Positions 30,590 to 40,714 of a DNA stretch of 64,000 bases are shown here, in pieces. The DNA is from Bdellovibrionales bacterium. GTDB taxonomy: Bacteria; Bdellovibrionota; Bdellovibrionia; Bdellovibrionales; JAMPXM01. Under the pieces are notes generated by a model, which was given only the letters and a program-made list of their open reading frames with translations, was not told the origin of the DNA and made no database searches. The stretch lies in assembly GCA_043739185.1 (NCBI GenBank), contig JAYUEN010000386.1:93443-157442 (forward strand). The letters are read 5' to 3'. A program made the position numbers and the translations under genes. Position 1 is the first letter of the stretch; every line of letters starts with the position of its first letter.

Positions 30590-31450
30590 ATGTCAAAAAA
30601 AATGACTTTAAAAGCAAAACCAAAAGGCGCAAAAAAATTGTGGAGCTCATTGAAAGCTTTCACGGATATCAAGTGCGAGCGCACCCAAGATGGCATAGCT
30701 AAAATTACCATCAATCGTCCCGAAGTTCGAAATGCATTTCGACCCAAGACGGTTCAAGAGTTAATTGAAGCCTTTAATATTTGTCGAGACCATGCCGAAA
30801 TTGGCGCGATCATCTTAACAGGTGAAGGAGATTTGGCTTTTTGTTCCGGCGGTGATCAGCGCGTAAGAGGAACTGGTGGTTATCTCGGAAGTGATGGCGT
30901 CCCAAGGCTCAACGTTTTAGATTTGCAAAAGGTCATTCGGTCCTTACCAAAGCCTGTTGTGGCAATGGTGGCGGGCTATGCTGTAGGTGGTGGACATGTT
31001 CTACATATTGTTTGTGATTTAACGATCGCTGCAGACAATGCTCGATTTGGGCAAACAGGCCCCAAAGTTGGCTCTTTCGACGGTGGTTTGGGCAGCAGTT
31101 ATCTTGCGCGTATTGTGGGTCAGAAGAAGGCGCGAGAAATTTGGTATCTTTGCCGTCAGTATGATGCCAAACAAGCACTCGATATGGGTTTGGTAAATAC
31201 CGTGGTTCCATTGGCTGAACTTGAATCTGAAACCTTGAAGTGGTGCCGTGAAATGCTTGCGCATTCACCACTCGCACTGAGATGTCTTAAGTCTGCTCTC
31301 AATGCCGACTGTGATGGACAGGTCGGCTTGCTCGATTTTGCAGGCAATGCCACGCTTCTATATTATCTTTCGGAAGAAGCCAAAGAAGGTAAAAACGCTT
31401 ATCTTGAAAAGCGTAAGCCGAACTTCTCAAAGTTCCCGCGGCTTCCTTAA
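30590..31450 (+). CDS. menB: 1,4-dihydroxy-2-naphthoyl-CoA synthase
   Basis: [30 protein letters not shown]; start 30590 after GAGGG. Confidence 0.97.
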   Translation: MSKKMTLKAKPKGAKKLWSSLKAFTDIKCERTQDGIAKITINRPEVRNAFRPKTVQELIEAFNICRDHAEIGAIILTGEGDLAFCSGGDQRVRGTGGYLGSDGVPRLNVLDLQKVIRSLPKPVVAMVAGYAVGGGHVLHIVCDLTIAADNARFGQTGPKVGSFDGGLGSSYLARIVGQKKAREIWYLCRQYDAKQALDMGLVNTVVPLAELESETLKWCREMLAHSPLALRCLKSALNADCDGQVGLLDFAGNATLLYYLSEEAKEGKNAYLEKRKPNFSKFPRLP

Positions 31451-32353
31451 ATGGCAGAATCCGCTCTAAAAAACCCTGCGCTCAGCTCTTGGTTTATGGC
31501 ACTCCGGCCGAAAACCCTGACCGCGGCCTTTGTTCCGGTTATGGTCGCTTCTGCGCTTGTGGTTGCACAAAGATTTGATTTTAAATTATATCTAACTATT
31601 TGTGCTCTCCTCAGTGCAATGTTCATTCAAATTGGGACCAATTTAATTAACGACGCAATTGATTTTAAAAAAGGTGCCGATGATCAAAATCGCATCGGCC
31701 CAAAGCGTGTTACTCAAAGTGGCCTGTTGACTCCGAAACAAGTAATTTATGGTGGCTATACGGCTTTTTTAGTCGCTGCAATATTGGGAGTTCCTCTCGT
31801 CGTAGCTGGAGGCTGGGTCATAGTTGCAATTGGTGTGCTTTCTTTACTTTGTGGATACATATATACCGGTGGCCCATATCCCCTTGCCTATTTAGGGCTC
31901 GGCGATTTTTTCGTTATCTTATTTTTTGGTATCATTGCGGTCGGCGGGACCTTTTTTTTGCATGCTCAGAATTATTCGTTCGGAGCACTCATTGCGGGTC
32001 TGCAAATTGGCATGCTCTCAACGGTTTTGATTGCTATTAACAATTTGCGTGATGCCCCACTTGATAAGTTGGTCGGTAAGAAAACTCTCGCAGTTCGCTT
32101 CGGAATTCGATTTGCCAGAAGTGAAATATTGTTTTTGATTTTTGCCCCTTTTGTGCTCGGTATGTACTGGGTTTTCGAGGGCCACATTTTAGCGAGTGTA
32201 TTGCCGATTTTGTGTTTTCCGTTGGCACGTGATTTAAGCGTTAAAATTTTGAAAACCGAGCCTTCACCGATTTACAATCAATTTTTAGCGCGGTCGGCAG
32301 CGATACATGCTCTTTTCGGCTTACTTTTGAGTATTGGACTTTTAATTAAATGA
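31451..32353 (+). CDS. menA: DHNA octaprenyltransferase
   Basis: RPKTL, NDAIDFKKGAD, NNLRD, GKKTLAVRFG. Confidence 0.95.
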   Translation: MAESALKNPALSSWFMALRPKTLTAAFVPVMVASALVVAQRFDFKLYLTICALLSAMFIQIGTNLINDAIDFKKGADDQNRIGPKRVTQSGLLTPKQVIYGGYTAFLVAAILGVPLVVAGGWVIVAIGVLSLLCGYIYTGGPYPLAYLGLGDFFVILFFGIIAVGGTFFLHAQNYSFGALIAGLQIGMLSTVLIAINNLRDAPLDKLVGKKTLAVRFGIRFARSEILFLIFAPFVLGMYWVFEGHILASVLPILCFPLARDLSVKILKTEPSPIYNQFLARSAAIHALFGLLLSIGLLIK

Positions 32354-33315
32354 TAAAAATAGATTATTCAGCTTATATTTTAAAAAAGGTCGGAGTGAAT
32401 TCCTCTCGAGTAGGAGCACTTTTGCGAATGGAATGGCCGGAAGGCCTAGGATACGCAGACTTACATCCTTGGCCTGAATATGGCGATGCCTATTTGAAAG
32501 AACAACTGAAGGGCCTTGCTGATTATCAAAAATCAAATTCTGAAGCGGGACTATCGCAGCTTCAAAAGCAGGCGCTTTATTTTTCAAAGATCGATGCACG
32601 TGCGCGGGCTCAAAAAAAATCACTGTTTGAAAATTTCAATATACCTGAAAGCCACTTCTTAATCACTCGTGAAGAAGAAATTGAAGAACAAAATCTGGCT
32701 AATATTTCAAAGGGCGGATTTAAAAAAATAAAAGTTAAACTAGGCGGAGACCCACTGATGGCAGCGGTGAGTGTGTCAGAGCTTGCAGGAATGGCTCCGC
32801 AAATATTACGTTTGGATGTGAATGCAAACTGGAGTGCTTCGGAGTTTAAATTTTTTGCGGATAAAATTCCAAAAGAATTTAAAACTCGAGTGGAGTTTAT
32901 TGAGGACCCATTTCACTCGGCTCATGATCACTGGCGCCTGCTCAGCCAAACCTATGGTTTTTCATTTGCTCGTGACTTTGAAGTTGGCGACGCTTATGCC
33001 GTTCGCATTTTGAAACCGGCAGTTGAAAACATTGTCGAAATTGTAAAAACAGAAAGTCCTGAAGTTCAATTTGTGGTCACTTCTTATTTGGGACACCCAC
33101 TGGGTCAATTGAGTGCGGCTTTTGAGGCAACAAAGCTTAAAGAGAGCGTGGGAGTGCGGCTTTTAGAGTGTGGTCTACTTTCCCAAAATGTTTATGAAGT
33201 TAATGATTTTTCTCGAAGCCTTTTGATTCAAAATGCGAGATTGCAACCGCCCGAAGGGACGGGATTTGGATTCGACGAGCTGCTCGAAAAACAACGATGG
33301 CAGGCCGTACGTTAA
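32350..33315 (+). CDS. menC: o-succinylbenzoate synthase
   Basis: KIKVK, LRLDVN, FIEDP enolase-family motifs inside the men operon. Confidence 0.85.
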   Translation: MIKIDYSAYILKKVGVNSSRVGALLRMEWPEGLGYADLHPWPEYGDAYLKEQLKGLADYQKSNSEAGLSQLQKQALYFSKIDARARAQKKSLFENFNIPESHFLITREEEIEEQNLANISKGGFKKIKVKLGGDPLMAAVSVSELAGMAPQILRLDVNANWSASEFKFFADKIPKEFKTRVEFIEDPFHSAHDHWRLLSQTYGFSFARDFEVGDAYAVRILKPAVENIVEIVKTESPEVQFVVTSYLGHPLGQLSAAFEATKLKESVGVRLLECGLLSQNVYEVNDFSRSLLIQNARLQPPEGTGFGFDELLEKQRWQAVR

Positions 33316-34488
33316 ATGAAAATGCAAGAGCTGGCACCTTCACGCTTTGATTTTCATTCGCCAAATAACGAACTCATACTAAATCCGAAATTAATTGAAT
33401 CAGAGCAAATTTTTTTTTCAAAGGCTTGGGACTTTGCAAGCAAAGAGGTGAGTGGCCATTTCGCCTTGGCCACCAGTGGGACCACCTCGGCGCACGGTCG
33501 AGGAAAGCTTGTTCTGTTGGGCAAGTCCTCGATTTTGGCTTCAGCAAGGGCCGTTAACCGACATTTATCTGTAAGCGCCAATGATATTTGGCTCAAAGCC
33601 CTGCCTGATTTTCATGTTGGAGGATTGGGGATTTTAGCGCGAGCTGAATTGAGCGGATCAAGGGTTTTTGAGTATCAAGATCAGAAGTGGAGTCCGCAAA
33701 ATTTTTATAGTGCGCTCAACACTTCTCATGCAAGTATTATATCCTTGGTGCCCACTCAACTCTATGATTTGCTCAAATACAAATTACGCGCGCCGCCCTC
33801 GCTTCGAGCGGCTCTCATTGGCGGAGCCGCGCTTTCCGCACAACTTTTTTCACGAGCAAAAGAACTTAACTGGAATGTTTTACCGAGCTACGGAATGACC
33901 GAAACTTGTTCGATGATTGCTTGTGCAAATCCCGAATTGAGTGAGTTTAGTTTTCCGAAGACGCTTTCACATGCTCAGGTGAAGTTGAATCCATTAGGCC
34001 AAATTGAAGTCTCTTGTGATTCACTTTTAACAGCCTACGTTTTACAAAAAGAAAACGGCTTTGAGATTTTAGATCCTAAGATTTGCGACGACCAAAAAAA
34101 GCTTTGGTTTTGCCCGGGAGATTTTGCTGAGATCAGCTCTAAAGGTATTGAAATTCTAGGCCGTGAAAGCGAGTTTGTAAAAATCGGAGGAGAAGGGGTT
34201 TCTCTTCTAAAATTAGAAAGTTTGTTAAAAGAGATCATTCTGGAAAGGAGTGATTTTTGTAATGATTATGCCCTGCTTGCCGCGCCGGACGAGAGGCTTG
34301 GTTTTCGAATCAATTTATTGTCTACAGCCCAGGGCTCAAACGAAACCGCAATGCTCGTAGAGCTATTCAATAAAAGGCTGATGGGCATTGAGAAAGTTCG
34401 TCAAGTTCATTTTGTTGAGCTTATTCCGCGAACTGCACTTGGCAAACTTAAGCGCCTAGAGGCCTTAGAGCTCATTGCCAAGGGCTAA
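33316..34488 (+). CDS. menE: o-succinylbenzoate-CoA ligase
   Basis: TSGTT, FHVGGL, SLVPTQL, SYGMTET, PRTALGK. Confidence 0.88.
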   Translation: MKMQELAPSRFDFHSPNNELILNPKLIESEQIFFSKAWDFASKEVSGHFALATSGTTSAHGRGKLVLLGKSSILASARAVNRHLSVSANDIWLKALPDFHVGGLGILARAELSGSRVFEYQDQKWSPQNFYSALNTSHASIISLVPTQLYDLLKYKLRAPPSLRAALIGGAALSAQLFSRAKELNWNVLPSYGMTETCSMIACANPELSEFSFPKTLSHAQVKLNPLGQIEVSCDSLLTAYVLQKENGFEILDPKICDDQKKLWFCPGDFAEISSKGIEILGRESEFVKIGGEGVSLLKLESLLKEIILERSDFCNDYALLAAPDERLGFRINLLSTAQGSNETAMLVELFNKRLMGIEKVRQVHFVELIPRTALGKLKRLEALELIAKG

Positions 34489-34554
34489 GGGCTTGACTTC
34501 ATCGGCCTTCACGTTGATATATTTTCAAGTGAATTCATCAAACTAGGTTGGTCT

Positions 34555-35487
34555 ATGCTTAAAATTTACGACTCTCAGGACTTCCCTGGCTATTTGCCTA
34601 AATTGAACCATCTCTATGACGATTTGTTCTCAAACGGGAAGGGCTTTCGTTCGCGATTGGTACAGATCGTAGCCAATCGACTTAAATTGCCTGAAGAGCA
34701 AACGAGCTTACTTGCCCAGACGATCGAATTCATTCACAACGCCTCATTGCTTCATGATGATTTGATTGATCGTTCTCCTCTCCGGCGGAGCAAAACCACC
34801 GCTTGGCTGAAGTATTCCCCAGAATATGCGGTTCTCGCGGGCGACTATTTATTGGCTCGGGTTATGGTGAATCTTTCGAGATTTGGTAATCTAAAATTGA
34901 TTCAGTTCACAGCTGAAATGATTTCTGATCTTCTTGAGGGAGAGTGGATTCAAGATTCACTGGTTCGAGATTACGATATTAAACTGTCTCAGCTCGACCG
35001 AGTACATAATTTGAAAACCGGATCTTTGTTCAAGTGGTGTTTGCAGGCTCCGTTTTTAACGAAAGAAAACTACAATAATGAAGTTCACGAGCTTTTAAAA
35101 GAAATGGGTACACTTCTGGGTCTGCTTTTTCAACGGAGTGATGACTTACTCGATTTTGATGTTCGAAACTTCGAAGGCAAGATTATATTGGGGGATCTAA
35201 AGTCCGGATATTTAAATTCATTTTCTGTTTTTCTTCTAGAAAAGGCCTCATCTGAGGTGGGCGCCCAATTCGTCAAGTGTCAAAGTTTAGAAGAACTCAA
35301 ACGCACGATCGGTGAGAAGTATTTTAATGAGCGACTATTTGAATTTGATCAAACAAACTCGAAGCTCATAGATTTATACAATCATTTAAATGACCGGCTC
35401 TTGGCCCTATTGGCCCCAGAACAAATAGGACTTCATGAAGAACTGATGCCGCTGGCAAAAGCTCTCTACTGGCGAAAAGCAAATTAG
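34555..35487 (+). CDS. Polyprenyl diphosphate synthase
   Basis: GKGFR, LLHDDLID..RR, GDYLL, KTGSLF, FQRSDDLLD. Confidence 0.92.
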   Translation: MLKIYDSQDFPGYLPKLNHLYDDLFSNGKGFRSRLVQIVANRLKLPEEQTSLLAQTIEFIHNASLLHDDLIDRSPLRRSKTTAWLKYSPEYAVLAGDYLLARVMVNLSRFGNLKLIQFTAEMISDLLEGEWIQDSLVRDYDIKLSQLDRVHNLKTGSLFKWCLQAPFLTKENYNNEVHELLKEMGTLLGLLFQRSDDLLDFDVRNFEGKIILGDLKSGYLNSFSVFLLEKASSEVGAQFVKCQSLEELKRTIGEKYFNERLFEFDQTNSKLIDLYNHLNDRLLALLAPEQIGLHEELMPLAKALYWRKAN

Positions 35488-35488
35488 T

Positions 35489-36568
35489 ATGGAACAAGAT
35501 TTTCCGACTACTGAATTTAAAACTCTGGGACATCAGGATCCCCAGTTTGAAGCTTATTTGCTGGGTACCTTTTCAAAAGAGCGAATGGCAGTTCCGGTTC
35601 GAACCCTCAACGTCAGATCGCTGAAAGAAGAAGTGACTTTTGAACTCATTGATAAAAAAAACATCAAGAGTCCGGCATTTGCTTTAGTCCTTTTAAAACT
35701 TTTGAGACCTCAAACTTTAACCTTTTCAGTCGGCACGATTGTGGTTGCCTATTCGACAGCCCTCAAGCTTCATTTGCCAATAGAGCTGGGACTTTCGCTT
35801 ATGACGCTGTCGGCGGTTTTGTTTTTTCATGCAGCGATTAATTTGCTCAATGATTTTTATGATCATATGAAGGGTCATGATCGCATGAATCCAAATGGCG
35901 GTAGCCGAGTGATTCAACGTGCATGGATATCTGCACACTTAGTCCAAAAGCTCGGGTTTGGATTTTTATTTCTATCCTTACTTCTCGGAATCCCGGTTGT
36001 TCTTCAGCATTCAAGCGTCGTGATCGCTTTAGCAATTGTAAGTGGTCTTGCAGGACTCGAGTTTTCAACGCATAAATTGGGATTTAAAAATCTTGGCTTA
36101 GGCGAGTATCTTGTGTTTTTTCTGACGGGGCCCTTTTTAACTTGTGGTTTTATTTGGGCCACCAGCGGCGTCTTCAGTTGGCAAATGATTTTTCTAGGCC
36201 TGGTTTTTGGTTTCGTAAGTTTATTCTTTTATCATGTCTCAAATATTGAAAACATTTTGACGGACGCTCAAGGTGGACGTCGCACATGGGCTGTGTTTTT
36301 GGGGATTGATCGTTCTAAACAAATGCTCTGGGTCCTCGCAGGACTTGTCAGCTTAAGTTATTTTTCTTTTGTACTCAGTTTATCCGATAAGCGCAGTACT
36401 TTGATTTTTTCCTTACTGTTTCTCATCATCGCCGCGAATATGATCTTAATCTGTTTGCGCGCCAATCAAAGCAATTCACCTCTATCGAGTGATTTAGAAA
36501 GTCTACGACATCGAAGCCTTAGGTTGCACTGGTTAATGATCGTTTGCATGATAGTGGCTTTGACGTAG
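35489..36568 (+). CDS. UbiA/MenA-family prenyltransferase paralog with N-terminal extension
   Basis: LRPQTL, NDFYDHMKGHD, GGSRVIQ, GLGE. Confidence 0.85.
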   Translation: MEQDFPTTEFKTLGHQDPQFEAYLLGTFSKERMAVPVRTLNVRSLKEEVTFELIDKKNIKSPAFALVLLKLLRPQTLTFSVGTIVVAYSTALKLHLPIELGLSLMTLSAVLFFHAAINLLNDFYDHMKGHDRMNPNGGSRVIQRAWISAHLVQKLGFGFLFLSLLLGIPVVLQHSSVVIALAIVSGLAGLEFSTHKLGFKNLGLGEYLVFFLTGPFLTCGFIWATSGVFSWQMIFLGLVFGFVSLFFYHVSNIENILTDAQGGRRTWAVFLGIDRSKQMLWVLAGLVSLSYFSFVLSLSDKRSTLIFSLLFLIIAANMILICLRANQSNSPLSSDLESLRHRSLRLHWLMIVCMIVALT

Positions 36569-36571
36569 AGA

Positions 36572-37315
36572 ATGAAAATATTTTTTCATAAGATGCTTCC
36601 ACTTCGATTTCATGAATTGGCCGTCAAAAACAATTGGACGCTCTTAGAACAAATTGAAAATTTGCCAAATCAGGGCTTTTTATTATTTTTAGAAGATAAG
36701 CGACTTTCTCTTAAGGATTTGAGTGAGCCCTCGTGGTCCAGCTTTTATATTGATTTTTTGGATTCACAGTTTCTTCTGCGATTAAAAAAAGTTCACAATC
36801 AATCGAACTTACTAAAAAAAGCGATTGGCTTTAAACCCATAGACCAATGTATCGTTTGGGATGCCACGGCCGGGCTTTGCCGTGACAGTATGGTTTTGGC
36901 GCAGTTGGGATACAATGTAATTGCCGTCGAAAGGTCCGTCGTACTATTTGAGTTGATATGTGATGCCATTGAGAGAGCAAAGAATTCAGATGAACTTTGT
37001 GAGGGTCTGTCGCGGCTCAAGTTGCTGTGTGGCGATTCGAAGATATTACTTGCGAATTTAAGCGAAGAGCAGCGACCAGAGGTAATTTATTTGGACCCGA
37101 TGTATCCGGATTTAAATAAATCCTCCCAGCCAAAAAAAGAAATGCAAATTTTGAGGAAACTTTTGGGCTCGGATGATAATGTAGATGAACTTTTGGCGAT
37201 AGCCCGAGTGGTGGCCAAAAAGAAAGTCATACTCAAAAACAATCCGAGAACCAAACTCATATTGAAACCAAAACATAGCTTGAAATCTAAAAGCGTTCGC
37301 TTTGATGTTTATTAG
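36572..37315 (+). CDS. rsmJ: 16S rRNA m2G1516 methyltransferase
   Basis: DATAGLCRDS, VERS, IYLDPMYP, RFDVY. Confidence 0.88.
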   Translation: MKIFFHKMLPLRFHELAVKNNWTLLEQIENLPNQGFLLFLEDKRLSLKDLSEPSWSSFYIDFLDSQFLLRLKKVHNQSNLLKKAIGFKPIDQCIVWDATAGLCRDSMVLAQLGYNVIAVERSVVLFELICDAIERAKNSDELCEGLSRLKLLCGDSKILLANLSEEQRPEVIYLDPMYPDLNKSSQPKKEMQILRKLLGSDDNVDELLAIARVVAKKKVILKNNPRTKLILKPKHSLKSKSVRFDVY

Positions 37316-37366
37316 TCCGGGCTTCTTTCTGTTTTTAGTAGGTAAAATGTTGAAAGCTTCAGCGTT

Positions 37367-37498
37367 CGGCAGCTGGCATTCTGGAGTCAGTAAGCTGCAG
37401 CAGATCCAGAATCAGGACCAGATTATACAAACTGACACACTGAAAACTGATCACCGAAACTTGCAAACGGTTGACGGCCGCGGCTGCCGTTAAAACTG
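37367..37498 (+). repeat. Dispersed intergenic repeat, copy B (longest)
   Basis: Shares three exact blocks with the reverse complement of 11579-11663. Confidence 0.85.
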
Positions 37499-37702
37499 CT
37501 TTGATTTCTAAGAGCTAAAGCAAGATCAAAAAAGGGGATTTGGCCAAAGTGCTAAATATTGTCGATCTTTTATATAGGCCTCGCGCCATTTTGATAACTA
37601 AAGCTTCGACACCCGACCAAAGCTTTGACCTACATTTCGGCTTATAATGAAACAAAAAAATGGATCGAGGGACTCAGTTCCAAAATAAGACATGCCGGGA
37701 GA

Positions 37703-37719
37703 TTGGCTTCAGAATTGCT
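37703..37719 (+). promoter_or_regulatory. Putative sigma54 promoter
   Basis: TTGGCTTCAGAATTGCT = GG-N10-GC upstream of ATG 37775. Confidence 0.65.
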
Positions 37720-37774
37720 CTTTAGGGTGGTAGAGGGAAAAATCAGAGGGGAAGTTCAGAGAGGAATTTTATTT

Positions 37775-38233
37775 ATGAAAACCTATCTATTTAAGTCTCT
37801 GGTGTTATTGGCATTTGTATCTCAATTTATTAGCGCTCATGCTTTCAGTTTTGAAGAGGTCGCTAGTATGCTACCTGAATCCGGGCCCAAGATAAGCCTT
37901 GATACAGACGAGTTTGCAGAACTTAGCAGGGAATGTGATTTGGATCATTCACAAGCCGAAGATACAAAGAAGAAAAGACATCCCTGCCAAAACTTACTTG
38001 AAGCCGAAAAAAGGTTTCAGGCGTTAATGAATGAAGCCAATTGTGAATCTCTGAATCTTTATATTCCGAAAGAAAAGGAAATTAGAGCCTGTCAGCATCA
38101 GATGAGAAAGAGCATAAATGAAAGCGCTTCTCAAATTCAAAAGTACCAAGAGGACATAAAAAATCGCGACGAATGTATCGTGAAAATTCAAAATAACTAT
38201 TGTCAAAAGAGTGCTCATCTCAGTCGGTTCTAA
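37775..38233 (+). CDS. Secreted helical Cys-containing hypothetical protein
   Basis: GAGGA RBS, signal peptide ending AHA, six Cys. Confidence 0.75.
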   Translation: MKTYLFKSLVLLAFVSQFISAHAFSFEEVASMLPESGPKISLDTDEFAELSRECDLDHSQAEDTKKKRHPCQNLLEAEKRFQALMNEANCESLNLYIPKEKEIRACQHQMRKSINESASQIQKYQEDIKNRDECIVKIQNNYCQKSAHLSRF

Positions 38234-39078
38234 CAATGACCTACGATTTCGTCGTAAATTCGTACGAGCTCTTGGAGTGCGCGATCGCGAGGCTGAAAGC
38301 TGAAGTATCGTTTTAAGTCAGCAACTGAATTTTTTGGTAAATGCAATTTATAATAAATGATAGCCCGCTCACCGAGTAAATTTAAGTTTTGTGGAAGCAA
38401 GTCCAAAAGGCTGTTTTGCACTAACAGCAAATCTTTTAGCTGTGTTTGTCTGGTCAAATATTTTTTAAGTCCAGAAAGGTAATTGACCAAAAACTGCAGC
38501 GGAGACAGGCTTTCGCAAATTTGCGAGATTGAAATCTTATCATTTTTTAACCGTCGTCTAATATTTTCAAGTAGATCGTCGGCGCTTAAAAATTTACCAC
38601 TTCGGCTAAGGTCAATAAAAGTTGTTTGATTTTCGCCGACAAATTTTAAAAAACACTTTGGATCGAGATCTATGAAGTAAAGAGGTAAGCCAATATGTTG
38701 AGCGAGATGATTATAGATAAGAGTCATGGTGACATCGGACCCTGATCTCTGCATCAAGGTTTTTTCTAAAAACAATGATTCGTAAGCCAATTCATCCGAC
38801 TCAAAAGTTGAAACTGAAAAAAAATCTTTTTGGCAAAAAAAGAAATCATTTAAAATTTTTAGTTTGTCTTCCGAAGTGTGACTCTCATTGATTTGTGATC
38901 TGAGTTCGTAACACAAAAATTGTAAACGTCTGATGAGATTTGTAATGTCGGTAGTTGGGTCGAGATTTTTATTAATGAGAATTACGTGCCTAGTAATTTG
39001 CGAAAGGTCTTCTTTAAACTGCACCCACTCTGTTCCAAGAAGCGACTGCTGATGTAGAAATTCAAGTGAAGATTCCAT
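38230..39078 (-). CDS. SirB1/transglutaminase-like protein with C-terminal TPR
   Basis: LNDFFF...FLEKTL..RSG...LIY..LA..IGLP, FID, ERAIIY...A..DL..Y. Confidence 0.8.
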   Translation of the reverse strand: MESSLEFLHQQSLLGTEWVQFKEDLSQITRHVILINKNLDPTTDITNLIRRLQFLCYELRSQINESHTSEDKLKILNDFFFCQKDFFSVSTFESDELAYESLFLEKTLMQRSGSDVTMTLIYNHLAQHIGLPLYFIDLDPKCFLKFVGENQTTFIDLSRSGKFLSADDLLENIRRRLKNDKISISQICESLSPLQFLVNYLSGLKKYLTRQTQLKDLLLVQNSLLDLLPQNLNLLGERAIIYYKLHLPKNSVADLKRYFSFQPRDRALQELVRIYDEIVGHC

Positions 39079-39157
39079 TCAAATGGACTAATTCAATCGC
39101 AGATTCATGGCAAGCCGCAGTCTCTTATTGAAAGGAACCCTAACGCTACGCAAAAGT

Positions 39158-39937
39158 CTATTTTGCGGGCAGTTTGTTCAAATCCATTTCAATCCCATCT
39201 AATTCCTTTTGCAAATCGCTAAGTCGCTGAGTGAGGTTTTTTTGGGCGCTTAAAAGTGAAGCTTCGCGCAACTGAATTTGATTTTGTTTTAAAACGAATT
39301 CAGGCTCTTTAATCGCCTTATTACGGGTGATACTCATTTCAAGGGCCTGCTTAGAAATCTGTTCACACTGTGCCTCGAGACGCACAATATTTTCTTTTCG
39401 CCTAGAAATATCAATGGTCGCCTTTTCGAGATTTTCGATTGATTCAATAGTTGGAGTATAAGCATAAATCTGATCCATATTTTTTAGATGATAGGGATCG
39501 AGCTCATTTGGTTTTTGAAAGAGCTCATATTTTTTTAGCAATTCTTCAGTCTCTTTTACTTTTATCTCGTCAAAACTCAAAGCTTTGTCTTCTACTCGAG
39601 CGTGCAAAGTATCAAGATATAGGAGTCCTTCAGACTCAGTATTGAACATTTTAGCAAGGGCAAGCGAGCCAGAGGAATAAATTGGCCAAGACTTTTGTGG
39701 CAAGCAAAGCGCCAATGACAAATTTTGTTGAAAGCAAAATTTAATGAGATGAACGATTTTAGATTTCGCAACTTCATCTTGATTCTGAAATTGCTCAAGA
39801 TGAAATAAAAAAAGTTTGCGTCCTTGTTTGATTTTTTCTTCAAGCTTGGCAAGTACCTGACTCGACTCTTCATTTGATAATTGTTCAGAGAACCTAAGAA
39901 CTTGAACATTATTTTTAAATGAAAAAGAAACCGGCAA
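39158..39937 (-). CDS. Hypothetical protein, STAS-like N-terminus plus coiled coil
   Basis: 259-aa ORF, AAGGAG RBS, heptad-rich C-terminus; STAS similarity tentative. Confidence 0.6.
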   Translation of the reverse strand: MPVSFSFKNNVQVLRFSEQLSNEESSQVLAKLEEKIKQGRKLFLFHLEQFQNQDEVAKSKIVHLIKFCFQQNLSLALCLPQKSWPIYSSGSLALAKMFNTESEGLLYLDTLHARVEDKALSFDEIKVKETEELLKKYELFQKPNELDPYHLKNMDQIYAYTPTIESIENLEKATIDISRRKENIVRLEAQCEQISKQALEMSITRNKAIKEPEFVLKQNQIQLREASLLSAQKNLTQRLSDLQKELDGIEMDLNKLPAK

Positions 39938-40103
39938 ATTGCAACTCCTTGTTGGTATGGGGTTTAATTTACCACAGCAATATTAATTGTGAAAGGGACT
40001 CTCGTTTTTGTGAGACCTCTTGTATATCTGGTCGAGCAGAAGACTTTTGACTTCAGGTGTACTTTCGAAATAACTTGAGCTTTTCGAACAATTGAGGGCC
40101 CCT

Positions 40104-40583
40104 ATGCGAAATTATAAACTCATTTTGTTTAGCCTGCTGGCATTGGGTCTTTTGGCGCAATGCCAACAGCCAACCGGCACCGAAGCGGTTGTGACTATTC
40201 CGCAACTCCAAATTTCATGTACGGCATCCAACTGTGCATCAAGCTCCTCAAATCCGAAGCTTTTTGTCTACATTACGACTTCGGGTTGTTTGAGTATAGC
40301 TTACGGTCAAGTGGCAACCGGAACTGGAACCATTAGTTGTTCGGCAGGATCATGTACCGCTGCTTCATTGACCTGGGTGAATGCCGCAGGGGCAAGTACC
40401 ACCCAAATTGCCAGTAATACATACGATTTTTGTGCCATTATTGATTTAACAGGAACCTATGCAGGGGTCAGCGTGCCCTCGGGAGATGCGACCAGTAGCA
40501 GTAGCGCATTTGTCGGCAGCGCCACCAGTCCGGTAACCAGTATCAGTCTTAGCTCTTGGATCAATGGAAGCTTCGTTAAATAG
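40104..40583 (+). CDS. Ser/Thr/Cys-rich lipoprotein
   Basis: Lipobox-like LAQC, beta-rich with paired Cys. Confidence 0.7.
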   Translation: MRNYKLILFSLLALGLLAQCQQPTGTEAVVTIPQLQISCTASNCASSSSNPKLFVYITTSGCLSIAYGQVATGTGTISCSAGSCTAASLTWVNAAGASTTQIASNTYDFCAIIDLTGTYAGVSVPSGDATSSSSAFVGSATSPVTSISLSSWINGSFVK

Positions 40584-40714
40584 ACTTCTTTTCTGTCGCA
40601 GCACTAGGTCCGTATTTACAGACACTTTTGGATGTGATTTATTCAATTCTGAGCTAAGATCTGGCTCGGAGAGTCCTAGCGAATAAAGTTTCGTAAGTTA
40701 AACATAAGAAGTCG

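Noticed and set aside
37302..37493. 63-aa ORF after rsmJ (also 7771-7989)
   Set aside because: These run through the dispersed repeat element or antisense to a real gene; no RBS or protein-like features
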